A stretch of 64,000 nt of DNA from NCBI GenBank assembly GCA_963813715.1, contig CAWFAK010000012.1, positions 352,001 through 416,000 on the forward strand, in the 5' to 3' direction. Source of the DNA: an uncultured Planctomycetaceae bacterium. Lineage in GTDB: Bacteria; Planctomycetota; Planctomycetia; Planctomycetales; Planctomycetaceae. Of this stretch, positions 11,060-22,010 are shown one piece after another; positions within the stretch are counted from its first letter, which is position 1, and every line of letters begins with the position of its first letter. Made by a program: the position numbers and the translations under genes. The notes under the pieces were generated by a model that did not search any database, was not told the origin of the DNA, and saw nothing but the letters and a program-made list of their open reading frames with translations.

Positions 11060-11221
11060 CGAACTGCTCGCGGCCTGCCAATGGGGGCATCGCTGGTTGT
11101 TGATCAACCTGATCGACGAGCAGACTTTCGAGTATCTTAAAGCCTCCAATCCGGATCTCGAAAAACAGCGCTGACGGCTGGCCTGATGTGTCGCCGCCCG
11201 TGCCGCGCGAAAAGGTGCACG

Positions 11222-12556
11222 ATGCTGCGACGCAAACTGGCGGTTCTGTTGTTGGCGGGGATCCTGTGGCCGTGCACGGCCGCCCGCGCGCACTTCTTAT
11301 TTATCCGCATTAATGAGCCGGCCGAAGCGGGGCGCACCGTCGAGGTCTTCTTTAGCGAGAAGGCCGACGCCGGCGATCCGCGATTCATCAGCAAGGTCGC
11401 CGGAACGACGCTGAGCGTGCAGTCCGCTCCCGGAAAGTTCCAGCCGCTGGCGGTACGACAAGCGGCCGATCGTTTGCGTGCCTCGCTGCCGTCCTCCGGT
11501 CCCGTCAGCGTCACGGGCTTCCTGGAATACGGCGTCTTGAAGCGCGAAATTCCCTTCTTGCTGCGGTACTACCCCAAGGCGGTGGCCGGTGACGCCGCGG
11601 CGCTGGCTCCCTTGCGACCGCGCCCGCAAGCGGCGCTGGAAATCGACGCGACCTTCGACGGGGATCACGTGACGCTCGCGCTGCTTCGTGAGGGCAAGCC
11701 GGTCCCAGGCGTCACGTTCACCACAGTGGACGACGACCTCGTCAACGAGGAAGTGAAGGCCGACGCCAGCGGCAAAGCCGTTTGGAAGCCCCCCTCGCCC
11801 GGCTTCTATTGCATCTATGCGAAATCCGTACTGAAGACGCCGGGCCAATGGAAAGGCACGCCTTATTCCGAGATTCGCGAATTCGCCACGATCGCCTTCC
11901 GCTGGCCGTTGACCCGGACCGACGCCGACCCGGAGGCGGTCAAACTGTTCGACAAGGCATTGGCGGCCCGCGCGACCTGGGAGCAGTTTCCCGGATTTTC
12001 TGCGGAACTGTCCGGCAGCGTCGACGGGCGGATCTTCACAGGTAAGGCGACGGTTGCCGGCGCCGGAGACGTGACTCTCGAGCTGGACGACCCCGTCGTG
12101 CGGCCGTGGGTCGAAGAACAACTTCAATCGCTCGTCAATCACCGTCTGGCGCCGCTGAAGCACGAAGGCGCGCCGCCCGTCCTCCGCTTCGCCGATCACG
12201 ATACGTCGCATCCGCTCGGTCGGCTGTTGATCTTTGACGGCGGCCAATTCGCCTCGAGTTATCGGGTGCTCGATGATCGCATCACGGTCGTCAATCGCAA
12301 CCTGGGCGGACGGAATATGACGATCACCGTCCTCGACGACGCGCTCAACGCGGAAGGCAAGCAACTGCCGCAGTCGTACACCGTTCAATACTGGAAAGCC
12401 GACAACGGCGAGCTCGACCGCACCGAATCGATTTCCAATCGCTGGACTCGCGTCGGCCGCTACGACCTGCCGGCCTCGGTCACCGTCCGAACGGCGTCGA
12501 AGACCGGACTCACGGTCCGCTCGCTGCAACTGGCGAAGCACAAGCTGGCAAAGTGA
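11222..12556 (+). CDS. Secreted protein: DUF4198-like N-terminal domain plus DUF3386-like C-terminal domain
   Basis: Signal peptide ending 'AARA|HFLF'; 'YGV..YYPKA..LEI..GKP..DASG' pattern; C-terminal half 'ARATWEQFPGFSA...WVEEQLQSLVNHR...SSYRV..RITVVNR'. Confidence 0.6.
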   Translation: MLRRKLAVLLLAGILWPCTAARAHFLFIRINEPAEAGRTVEVFFSEKADAGDPRFISKVAGTTLSVQSAPGKFQPLAVRQAADRLRASLPSSGPVSVTGFLEYGVLKREIPFLLRYYPKAVAGDAAALAPLRPRPQAALEIDATFDGDHVTLALLREGKPVPGVTFTTVDDDLVNEEVKADASGKAVWKPPSPGFYCIYAKSVLKTPGQWKGTPYSEIREFATIAFRWPLTRTDADPEAVKLFDKALAARATWEQFPGFSAELSGSVDGRIFTGKATVAGAGDVTLELDDPVVRPWVEEQLQSLVNHRLAPLKHEGAPPVLRFADHDTSHPLGRLLIFDGGQFASSYRVLDDRITVVNRNLGGRNMTITVLDDALNAEGKQLPQSYTVQYWKADNGELDRTESISNRWTRVGRYDLPASVTVRTASKTGLTVRSLQLAKHKLAK

Positions 12557-12613
12557 TTCCAGCGCCAGCCGCGCGGCAACGTGCCGGACGCGGGCGACAG
12601 GCCGGCATCCGAT

Positions 12614-13018
12614 CTATCCGGGTCGCGCGAACTCGACATGCACGTTCGTGCGAATGCCGCCGCGGGGCGTGAAGGCGGCGGTGATTTTCATCGAGCGCGG
12701 CCGCGTGGCGGCGACCAGGTCGTCGAGAATGCGGTTGGTCACGTCTTCGTAGAACGCACCTTCGTTGCGGTAAGTCTGCAAGTAGAGCTTGAGCGATTTC
12801 AGCTCGAAGCAGAGCCGGTCGGGGACGTAGCTGATCGTCAGCGTGCCGAAGTCGGGCTGGCCCGTTTTCGGGCAGAGCGAGGTGAATTCGGGACAAATCG
12901 TCTCGATGACGTAATCTCGATCGGGGTGCGGATTCTCGAACGTCTCGAGTTGTGCGGCTCGCGACGGCTGCGCCGATTTGACGGCAGCACGGTTTGGACG
13001 ACGGTGATTGGCCATCAT
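12614..13018 (-). CDS. queF: NADPH-dependent preQ0 reductase (unimodular QueF)
   Basis: '[16 protein letters not shown]', 'ELKSLKLYL', 'PRGGI'. Confidence 0.96.
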   Translation of the reverse strand: MMANHRRPNRAAVKSAQPSRAAQLETFENPHPDRDYVIETICPEFTSLCPKTGQPDFGTLTISYVPDRLCFELKSLKLYLQTYRNEGAFYEDVTNRILDDLVAATRPRSMKITAAFTPRGGIRTNVHVEFARPG

Positions 13019-13209
13019 TCGAGGATAGCCGTCGCGGCGGCCTCATTGAAGGCTTGTCCTGCTGACGCAGCGGGGTGGGCGCCGGATGGGCGGTGCCGCG
13101 CAATCCTTGTCGCCCGGTTCCAAGCCACGCTAGACTGCGCCGGACCACTTTTCGGGCACCCGATGATCCAATTTGGAAGCCCGATCATCTAATTTGGAGC
13201 GAGCAGCAG

Positions 13210-14264
13210 ATGGCGGAACTCTCGATCGAGGCGCGGTCGGCAGACTGGGATCGGCTCGCGGAACGAGCCCTTGCCGGCGATCGGCTCACCCGGGACGACG
13301 GCCTGGCGATCCTCCGCGCGCCCGACACCGAATTGCCGGTCCTGCTCGCCGCCGCCTTTCGCGTCCGTCTGGCTCACTTCGGGCGGAAGGTTCACCTGTA
13401 CTACTTGAAGAATGCCAAGAGCGGCCTGTGCCCTGAAGATTGCGGCTACTGTTCGCAGTCGATCGTCGCCGACACAACCATCAACCGCTACCCCCTGCTG
13501 AACGAGGCCAAACTGCTGGACGGCGCCCGCCAGGCGCACGAGATGCGGGCGCGGACCTATTGCATTGTCGCCTCGGGCCGGGGTCCCTCCGATCGCGAAG
13601 TCGATCACGTAGCGGGCGTCGTCGAGAAGATCAAAGACCAGTACGGCCTGCACGTCTGTTGCTGCCTCGGGCTCTTGACCTCCGACCAGGCGAAGCGGCT
13701 GCGCGGGGCGGGCGTCGACCGCATCAATCACAACCTGAACACGAGCCGCCGCTACTATGATCAGATTTGCTCCACGCACAGCTTCGAAGACCGGCTGGCG
13801 ACGCTCCGAATTTCGCGGGACGCGGGGCTGGAACTGTGCTGCGGACTGATTGTGGGGATGGGTGAACTCGACGACGACGTGGTCGACGTCGCCCGCGAGC
13901 TCCGCGAAATTGGCGTCGAGTCGATCCCCGTGAATTTCCTGCACGCGATTCCGGGAACGCCGCTGGAGAACACGCACGTCCTCAACCCCCGTTACTGTCT
14001 GAAGGTGCTTTGCCTAATGCGTCTGGCCAACCCGACGACGGAAATTCGCATTGCGGGCGGGCACAAGGTGAATCTGCGGCCTCGCTGCAGCCATTGGGAC
14101 TCTATCCCGCCAATTCGCTCTTCGTGAGCGACTACCTCACGACGAAGGGGCAGCCGGCGGAGGAAGACTATCGGATGGTCGAGGATCTCGGTTTCGAGAT
14201 CGTCGTCGGCGATCACTTGGGCGAGCAGTCGCCGTCCGATTGCGTCAAATCGGCAACTGCCTGA
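13210..14264 (+). CDS. bioB: Biotin synthase, frameshift near 14080
   Basis: Radical SAM motif '[14 protein letters not shown]', 'NHNLNTS', 'SIPVNFL', 'EIRIAGG'; the C-terminus '[14 protein letters not shown]' is in ORF 14010-14264. Confidence 0.95.
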
Positions 14265-14283
14265 GCGCGGCGAGGGTCGACCC

Positions 14284-15689
14284 ATGGATCTGCCGCCGGC
14301 CATCGAACTTGCCGGTTGCAAAGTCACCGTCATGGGCCTGGGACGTTTCGGCGGCGGACTCGGGGCCGTGCGATTTTTGACGGCGCGCGGCGCCCGGGTC
14401 ACAGTCACCGATTTGCTCACGGCCGACGACCTCTCCGAGCCCCTCGCGACGTTAGCCGATTGTCCGGTCGACGCCTATCACTTGGGCGGCCACATCGAGG
14501 AGGACTTCGTCGACACCGATCTGATCGTGGTCAATCCGGCCGTGCCGCCGTCCAGCCCCTTCCTGGCCCGCGCCGCGCAGAGTGCGTGCTGCTCACGAGC
14601 GAGATGTCGCTCTTCTGGCAGTTCAACCGCAGTCGCACGCTCGGCGTTACAGGCAGCAACGGCAAATCGACGACGACCGCGATGACGCACGCCATCTTAC
14701 AAGCGGCGGGCGTCGCTTCGCGGCTGGGGGGAAACATCGGCACCAGCCTGCTGCCTGAAATCGACGCGATCGGCCCAGAGGAATGGTCGGTCGTCGAACT
14801 GAGCAGCTTTCAACTCGACGATCTCGATCGGCTACCGGCCAGTCCCAATATCGCCGTGGTGACGAATTTCAGTCCCAATCATCTCGATTGGCACGGCTCG
14901 CTCGCCGAGTACCGTCGGGCCAAGCAGAGCATCCTCCGCTGGCAGACGCCGGACGATATCGCCGTACTCAACCACGACGACGCTGACGTCCGCTCGTGGC
15001 CCACGTTTGGCCGTACACTCGGATTCGGCACGCGCGACGCCGGCTGCGACGGCATCTTTGAGCGCGGGGCCGAGCACATTTTGCGGCGGGACGGGTCGCA
15101 CGAGCGTTTCGGGCTGCGCGAATGGGTGCCGCTGCCGGGACGGCACAACGTCGCCAACGCAATGGCCGCCGCCTGCGCGGCACTGGCCGCCGGAGCCAAT
15201 CTCGACGCGGTCCGCCGCGGTCTCGAATCGTATCGCAGCCTGCCACACCGGCTCGAATTCGTCGGCGAAGTGTGCGGTCGGCGGTTCTACAACGATTCGC
15301 TGGCGACAACGCCCGAGTCGGCCGTGGTGGGGCTCGAGGCTTTTTCGGCGCCGGTCGTGCTCTTGGCCGGGGGCTACGACAAACAGATCGACCTGACTCC
15401 GTTGGCCTTGGGAATTTTGCGTCGTGCCAAGGCGGCCGCGCTGATGGGCCAAACGGCCGACCTCTTAGCCTGCCTGCTGGAGGAGAATGCCGACAACGAC
15501 GAGCCGCCGACGTGTCTCTGTGACAGCTTCGAGGAGGCCTTTCACTGGGCCGTGGAAAACTCGCAGCCGGGAGACGTGGTCCTCCTCTCGCCCGGGTGTG
15601 CAAGCTATGACTGGTTCCGCAATTACGCCGAACGGGGACGCCGCTTTGTGGAGTTGGTCGAAGCCTACCGCGACGCCTCCGAGCGGTGA
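14284..15689 (+). CDS. murD: UDP-N-acetylmuramoyl-L-alanine:D-glutamate ligase, frameshift near 14580
   Basis: 'VMGLGRFGGG', 'GVTGSNGKSTTT', 'GGNIG', 'ELSSFQL', 'NHLDWH', 'HRLE', 'YNDS', 'LLSPGCASYDWF'. Confidence 0.93.
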
Positions 15690-15898
15690 CCGACGCGAGA
15701 CTGGAGACGGGTTTTCGACTCACTTGCCTCACGTGGCGGCCGCTCGCCGTTTACACAATTGCCGCATATACTGGCGGTTCGTTTGCATTCGGTCGGCGGC
15801 CGTGTAGCACTGCTTGTGAGACACGCAGAGCGGTGCCGAGTGCCGTTTCGGACGTGGGCATTTCTTCCAGGCTGTGTTGTTCATTCGGAGCGCGATTC

Positions 15899-16783
15899 AT
15901 GAGACAGCGATCTTTGTGCGGGCTGGTGATCTTTCTGTTGGCGGCCTCGACGGCTGTTGCCGCGCCGCAGCACGGCTCGTTCCTCTCCAACGGCGTCAAG
16001 ATTCACTACATCGTGGAGGGCGAGGGGGAACCTGTGCTGTTGATCCACGGGTTCTCGGCCAGCGCGATGATGAACTGGGTGCTGCCCGGCGTTTTCGCCA
16101 ACCTGGCCAAGCACTATCACGTCATCGCCCTGGATAACCGCGGACACGGCGGCAGCGGGAAGCCGCACGAAGTCGAAAAATACGGTCCGGAAATGGTCGA
16201 GGATGCAATCCGCCTGTTGGACCATTTGAAGATCGACAAGGCGCACATCGTCGGCTACTCGATGGGCGGTTTCATTACAGAGAAGCTGGTCGTCACGCAT
16301 CCCGAGCGGGTCATCTCGGCCACCGTGGGCGGCGCCGGCTGGAGCCGCGAGGACGACGACCACGCGATCATCGATCAGATCGCCAAATCGCTCGACGAGG
16401 GCAACGGCATCGCGCCTTTGATGAAGGCGCTCACGCCCCCGGGCCACCCGGTTCCCAGCGACGAGCAGATCAAGGCCCGCAATCAGCTGATCATGGCAAA
16501 CAATGACGCCAAGGCGCTGTCTGCCTGCATTCGCGGCATGCTGAACCTGCAGACCACGAAGCAGCAGCTCGAGCAGAACAAGGTGCCCGTGCTGGCCATT
16601 ATCGGCGAGTTGGATCCGCTCAAAAAGGGCGTCGACAACATGACGGGCGTGATGGCCAACTTGAAAGTCGTTGTCGTGCCCGGTGGTGATCACATCACCA
16701 CCTTCCAGAGCCCGAAGTTCACCGAAGCGCTGAACGAATTCCTGACGGAACACGCGCGGCATCCGGCCACCGCCGGACGGTAA
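15899..16783 (+). CDS. Secreted alpha/beta hydrolase
   Basis: Signal peptide; 'LLIHGF', 'DNRGHG', nucleophile elbow 'GYSMGG', 'GDH'. Confidence 0.88.
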   Translation: MRQRSLCGLVIFLLAASTAVAAPQHGSFLSNGVKIHYIVEGEGEPVLLIHGFSASAMMNWVLPGVFANLAKHYHVIALDNRGHGGSGKPHEVEKYGPEMVEDAIRLLDHLKIDKAHIVGYSMGGFITEKLVVTHPERVISATVGGAGWSREDDDHAIIDQIAKSLDEGNGIAPLMKALTPPGHPVPSDEQIKARNQLIMANNDAKALSACIRGMLNLQTTKQQLEQNKVPVLAIIGELDPLKKGVDNMTGVMANLKVVVVPGGDHITTFQSPKFTEALNEFLTEHARHPATAGR

Positions 16784-16803
16784 TCGTCTCGCCACAGTTT
16801 TTT

Positions 16804-16839
16804 CGGAGGACGATCCGTGGCGGGTCGTCCTCCGTTTTT
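16804..16839 (+). terminator. Intrinsic terminator
   Basis: 14-bp stem CGGAGGACGATCCG/CGGGTCGTCCTCCG (one G-U pair), loop TGG, then TTTTT; lies just after the hydrolase stop. Confidence 0.8.
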
Positions 16840-16860
16840 CTCATTCGTTTTTCTCATTCG
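16834..16860. repeat. 13-bp tandem duplication (GTTTTTCTCATTC x2)
   Basis: Read directly from the sequence; it overlaps the terminator U-tract. Confidence 0.7.
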
Positions 16861-16910
16861 TCTCTGTTTGCCAATTCTGTTTCGGCAATTTTCTGGATCG
16901 GGAGTCGCCG

Positions 16911-17397
16911 ATGGCCTCTACGCGCTGAACTCGCGCTTGCGCGGCTGAACGAGCTGATCGGCAAGGAGAGCCCGCCCGGAGCCTGGCACACGGTCACCCA
17001 GGAGCAGATCGACGCCTTCGCTCGCGCGACGCTCGACGATCAGTTCATCCACACCGATCCGGCCCGCGCGGCCCGCGAATCGCCGTTCGGCACAACGATC
17101 GCCCACGGATTTTTTACGCTGTCGCTGGCTTCGCACCTGGTCACGAGCATTCCGCGGCCCACGCCCGACCCGTACGAGGGGCGGCTGGTTGGGATCAATT
17201 ATGGTCTGGACCGGGTCCGCTTTCCGACGCCCGTCCGCGTCAACTCGCGGATCCGGGCTCGCCAAAGCCTCGCCAGCGTCGAGCAAAAAGACGCGCGGAC
17301 GCTGCAGATGGTCCACCATATCACGATCGAAATCGAGGGCGAGAGCAAGCCGGCCTGCGTCGCCGACTATGTAACCCGCGCCGTCTTCGCGCCTTAA
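16911..17397 (+). CDS. MaoC/NodN-like (R)-hydratase, hot-dog fold; missing from the ORF track because of a frameshift near 16922
   Basis: Manual translation gives 'LIGKESPPGAWHTVTQEQIDAFARATLDDQFIHTDPARAARESPFGTTIAHGFFTLSL...GINYGLDRVRFPTPVRVNSRIR...IEIEGESKPACVA' ending in TAA at 17395-17397; ATG at 16911 follows GGGAG. Confidence 0.88.
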
Positions 17398-17433
17398 GCT
17401 GCGATGAGCGCTCGCGTTCCAGGAGCTGCGTCA

Positions 17434-18466
17434 ATGCCCCGCGTCGCGTTGTTGCTGGCGGCCGCCGTTTGCTACGTTCTGGGAGTCTGCTCGGCTAGCG
17501 CATGGCGAGGGGGGAACGATGTGACCCCATCGGCGATTGCACGCGGTGCCGAGTCTGACCGCGGGGCGAAAGCCCGAGGAGTCGATCTGGCCATGAGCGC
17601 GGCGCCCCCCACCGAAAAGCCAAAGGCCGAATCGCCCGACGGCAAGCTGCGGATCATCTGCTTTGGCGCACATCCCGACGATTGCGAAATCAAGGCGGGT
17701 GGCACCGCCGCGCTCTGGGCGGCGGCAGGCCATCACGTGAAATTCGTCTCGCTGACCAATGGCGACATCGGCCACTGGCGCGACGCCGGCGGACCGCTCG
17801 CCCGGCGACGCAACGCGGAAGTTCAGCATGCGGCTGGTCTGCTCGGCATCACTTCGGAGGTGCTCGATAATCACGACGGAGAATTGCAGCCGACGCTGGA
17901 AAATCGGCGGACCGTGACCCGGCTGATCCGCGAGTGGCATGCCGACATCGTGATGGGGCCGCGCACGAACGACTACCATCCCGACCATCGCTACACGGGC
18001 ATCCTGGTGCAGGACGCGGCGTACATGGTGGCCGTTCCTTTCTTCTGCCCCGACACGCCGCACCTGACGCAAAACCCGGTCTTCCTCTACTACTCCGACC
18101 ATTTTCTGAAGTCTTATCCGTTTCAGGCGGACGTGGTCGTAGGCGTCGATCGGGCGATCGAACAGAAGCTCGACGCGCTGGTCGGAATGGAGTCGCAGTT
18201 CGTGGAAGGGGGCGTCTCCGGCTCGCCCGAGTTGATTGCCGGTGGAGAACCCAAACTCGAAGAGCGGCGTAAGGTCGTCCGCGAATCGTTCCGCAACCGC
18301 GATCGGGGCCTCGCTGACAAATACCGCGAGCAACTGGCCGCCTGGTACGGCAAAGAAGGGGGCGGCAAACTCCAATATGCGGAAGCCTTCGAGATTCTGC
18401 GAGTACGGCCGGCAACCGACCAAAGAAGAGCTCCGCAAGCTGTTCCCGCTTGTCAGCGCCAAGTGA
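17434..18466 (+). CDS. PIG-L/LmbE family deacetylase, secreted; frameshift near 18395
   Basis: 'GAHPDD', 'SLTNGD', 'DYHPDH', 'YAEAFE'; the C-terminus 'CEYGRQPTKEELRKLFP' is in another frame. Confidence 0.88.
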
Positions 18467-18611
18467 TGTGGCAGACGGTGAAAAAATCCGAAAAATGGTC
18501 GTTTGCCCAGCCGAAGCCTCCCTTCGTAGAATCGACGGGGACTGGGATTTGGGTTTTCGGGGCAGCCGCGATCCCGATTGGTTGATCGCCTTTCTCTCTT
18601 GAACACGACCG

Positions 18612-20809
18612 ATGGGCAATCTCTCGCGGGACCGGTGCGTGCGAGCGCGGTGCTGCAAGCCGCGTTGGCTGACAAGCCGCGCAGTTCCCGCAGCGTGCGC
18701 GCTGATGCTTTGGCTGTCGGCCGCGACTGCGGCGGTCGCCCGCGAAATCACCATCTATCGCGACGACTTCGGCACGCCGCACATCTACGCCACCACGGCT
18801 GAAGATGCCTGCTACGGCTTGGGCTACGCCCAGGCCGAGGATCGCCTCGAAGAACTGCTCACGCAGTATCGCCGCGCCACGGGTACGTTGTCGGAAGTCT
18901 TCGGACCCGAGGGCCAAAACCTGCAAAACGACTATCGTCAGCGGCTTTGGCGGCACGCAGAGATCGCCCGACAAAAGTATCCGGAGCTCAGTCCGAAGAG
19001 CCGGGCCATCATCGAGGCATTCCTGGACGGCGTGCGGAAATTCATGAGCGAACATCCGGACAAGGTCCCAGCCTGGGCGCCAAGCTCGAACCCTGGATGG
19101 TCGTTGCCCTCAGCCGCTACGCCATCTGGGGTTGGCCGGAAGGCGAAGCGGGCAGCGATCTGAAGCGCGGAGGCATCACGCCCGATCCCATCGAATATCA
19201 CGGCTCCAACGAGTGGCTGGTCGGCCCCTCCCGCACGAAGGACAAGGCGCCGATCGCCCTCATCGATCCGCACCTGAGCTGGTACGGAACGTTCCGCTTC
19301 TACGAGGCACGACTGTATGGCGGCGAGCTGGAGTTTTCCGGATTTGCCATCGTCGGCCTGCCCCTGCCGCCCATGGGCCACAGCCGCTACTGCTCGATCG
19401 CCTTCACCACCGGCGGCCCGGACACGTCCGACTGCTACGTGGAGGAGGTCAATCCGGCGAACCGGCGGCAGTATCGCTACGACGGCAAATGGCTCGAAAT
19501 GAACGTCCGCACCGAGATTATTCGCGTCAAAGAGGGAGGCAAGATCGTCGAGAAGAAAGTCGAAATCGACGACACCCGGCACGGCCCGATCGTCGCCCGC
19601 CGCGGCAACCAGGCCTATTGCCTGAAACTTCCCTACTACGATCAGGTCGGCGTCCTCGACCAGCTTTATCGCATGGACACCGCCAAGAACCTGGCGGAAA
19701 TGAAACAGGCCCTCGCCCCGCTCCAGCTCATGGAGCAGAACGTCATGGTCGGCACGGTGCAGGGCGACATCTATTACGTCCGCTACGGACGCGTCCCCGT
19801 GCGACCCGCGGGCTTTGACTTCAAACGACCCGTTCCCGGAAACACGTCGAAATCGGAGTGGCAGGGCCTCCATAAGTTCCAGGACTTGCTGCAGATCGAA
19901 AATCCGCCGCAGGGCTACATGCAGAATTGCAACGTGAGCCCGCAGTTCATGGTTCGCGGCAACCTCATCGATCCGCTGGCTTGGAAGAGCCGGCCCGACC
20001 TGTTTAACGGCTATTGGAGCCTCGACCAGCGGTCGGACAACCCGCTCCACCAACGGGCCGCAATGGTCCTGGAACTTTTGGCCGGCGCGTCGTCGATGAC
20101 GGTCGAGACGGCCATCGCGATCGCCGAGAGTCCGGCCGTGTATGGGGCCGACGTCTGGCAGAAGCGTCTGGCATCAGCCTGGGCGGGAGCCGACGCGAAG
20201 CTGAAAGCCGACAAGCACGTGGCCGAAATGGTCACGCTGATTCAGAATTGGAACCACCGCTGCGACGCGGACGGTACCGGCGCAATCGCCTACTTGTTCT
20301 GGAAGGACCAGTTTCCGCCCAAGGTCAAAGCCTACGACAAGGCCGGCTTCCCACCGCCGAAAGAAGTCGACAATCCGATGATTCTGGCCGCCCTCAAGCG
20401 GGGCTCGGAAAAACTGGTGGCGGCGCTCGGGCGACTCGACGTCCGCTGGGGGGACGTTTATCGCGTGGGGCGTGCGGGCTCCCGGCGCGACTGGCCGGTC
20501 AGCGGCGGCTCGGTCGACGGCATGGCCACGCCGCGAGCCATCAGTTTCGATTCCATCGAGAACAAAAAGAATCCCCACCTGGTGGGCCACGGCGGGCAGG
20601 CGGCAACGCAGGTAGTTTTGCTGGCGAACCCGCCCAAGTCCTGGAGCGTCTTGCCGCTGGGCGAGAGCGATGACCCCAAAAGTCCACACTACGACGACCA
20701 GGCAGAAAAGCTCTTCAGCAAGAGCCGCCTGAAGTCGACCTACTTCCTCGATAGGCCGGAGCTGCTCAAACACCTGGGAGCTAAGCCAAAGACTTTGACG
20801 CGGAACTGA
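18612..20809 (+). CDS. Penicillin acylase family Ntn-hydrolase, frameshift near 19080; start uncertain
   Basis: '[13 protein letters not shown]...[10 protein letters not shown]', beta-chain nucleophile 'GSNEW', 'DPHLSW', 'TRHGPI', 'QNCN', '[14 protein letters not shown]'. Confidence 0.9.
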
Positions 20810-20852
20810 GACTCCCGTCGCGTGAGAGCGGTCGCCGATTCGAGAAGCCATC

Positions 20853-21606
20853 ATGCACGAACAAACCTGGGATCCCGATCGATACGCTCGAAACGCGCGG
20901 TTCGTGGCCGATCTCGGCGCGCCGCTGATCGACTTGCTGGCTCCGCAGCCCGGAGAGCGGATCCTGGATCTGGGCTGCGGCGACGGTGCACTGACCGAAC
21001 GGCTGGCCGCCTGCGGCTGTACGGTAGTCGGCGTAGATGGCAGCGCCGAACAGATCACGGCGGCAAAAACACGCGGACTCGACGCCCACGTGATGAATGG
21101 TGAGGCGCTCACATTCAGTCATGAGTTCGACGCCGTCTTCAGCAATGCCGCGCTGCACTGGATGAAACGGGCCGACGCCGTGATCGAAGGAGTGCGCCGC
21201 GCGCTCAAGCCGGGCGGCCGCTTCGTCGCGGAGATGGGCGGGGCCGGCTGCGTCGCCAAGGTCCGCGGCGCGGTCAAAGCCGCTCTGGCGCGCCGCGGCA
21301 TCGAGGGCGAACCGCTCGATCCCTGGTATTTTCCGACGCCCGAAGATTACGGCGGACGGCTCAAGACGCACGGCTTTACGATCGATTCGCTCGTCCTCTT
21401 CGACCGACCGACAGAACTGCCCGGCGCTGACGGCGTGGCTCGAGACCTTCGGTGAGCCGTTTACTTCGGCCCTGCCCCCCAACGAGCGGGACGAACTGCG
21501 ACAAGAAGTCGAAACCGCGCTAAGGCCGACATTATGCGGCGCCGACGGCGTTTGGCGGGCCGATTACGTGCGGCTGCGTTTTGCCGCTCGTCTGCCGCAG
21601 GCCTGA
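20853..21606 (+). CDS. Class I SAM methyltransferase (Tam-like), frameshift near 21430
   Basis: 'ILDLGCGDG', 'FDAVFSNAALHW', 'LKPGGRF'; the C-terminus 'WLETFGEPF...WRADYVRLRFAA' is in a shifted frame and ends at 21606. Confidence 0.88.
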
Positions 21607-21725
21607 CCCGGTCGACCCGCGGGAAGGCTGCGATTCTCTAGACAAACCAGGCGGCCTCGGCGGTCAACACGGGCAGGACCTTGTGCCGCCGGCCGTTCGC
21701 ATGCCGACTTCGCCGAGTCGAACCG

Positions 21726-21986
21726 ATGACCGATCTGACCAGTCCAACCTTGATCAAGCTAAAAGGCTTCTTGTTTCTCTTTCTCGGCACCGTCTCCGCC
21801 GCACTTCTGCTCATCGAGCATCCCGAGTGGCACGTGGCCCTGCTGCTCGGCGTGGCGATCTGGTCGTTTTGCCGCTTCTATTACTTCGCGTTTTACGTCA
21901 TCGAAAAGTACGTCGACCCAAGCTATCGCTTCGCCGGTCTTTCGTCGTTCGCGCTCTACCTGGTCGGCAAGCGGCGACAACCCTGA
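21726..21986 (+). CDS. Small membrane protein
   Basis: 'MTDLTSPTLIKLKGFLFLFLG...WSFCRFYYFAFYVIEKYVDPSYRFAGL'; 2-3 TM segments. Confidence 0.7.
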   Translation: MTDLTSPTLIKLKGFLFLFLGTVSAALLLIEHPEWHVALLLGVAIWSFCRFYYFAFYVIEKYVDPSYRFAGLSSFALYLVGKRRQP

Positions 21987-22010
21987 CGGAGCGTCACAAG
22001 CGAACGGCCG

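Noticed and set aside
13019..13209. preQ1 riboswitch upstream of queF or a BirA operator upstream of bioB
   Set aside because: No matching stem with an A-rich tail, and no convincing palindrome
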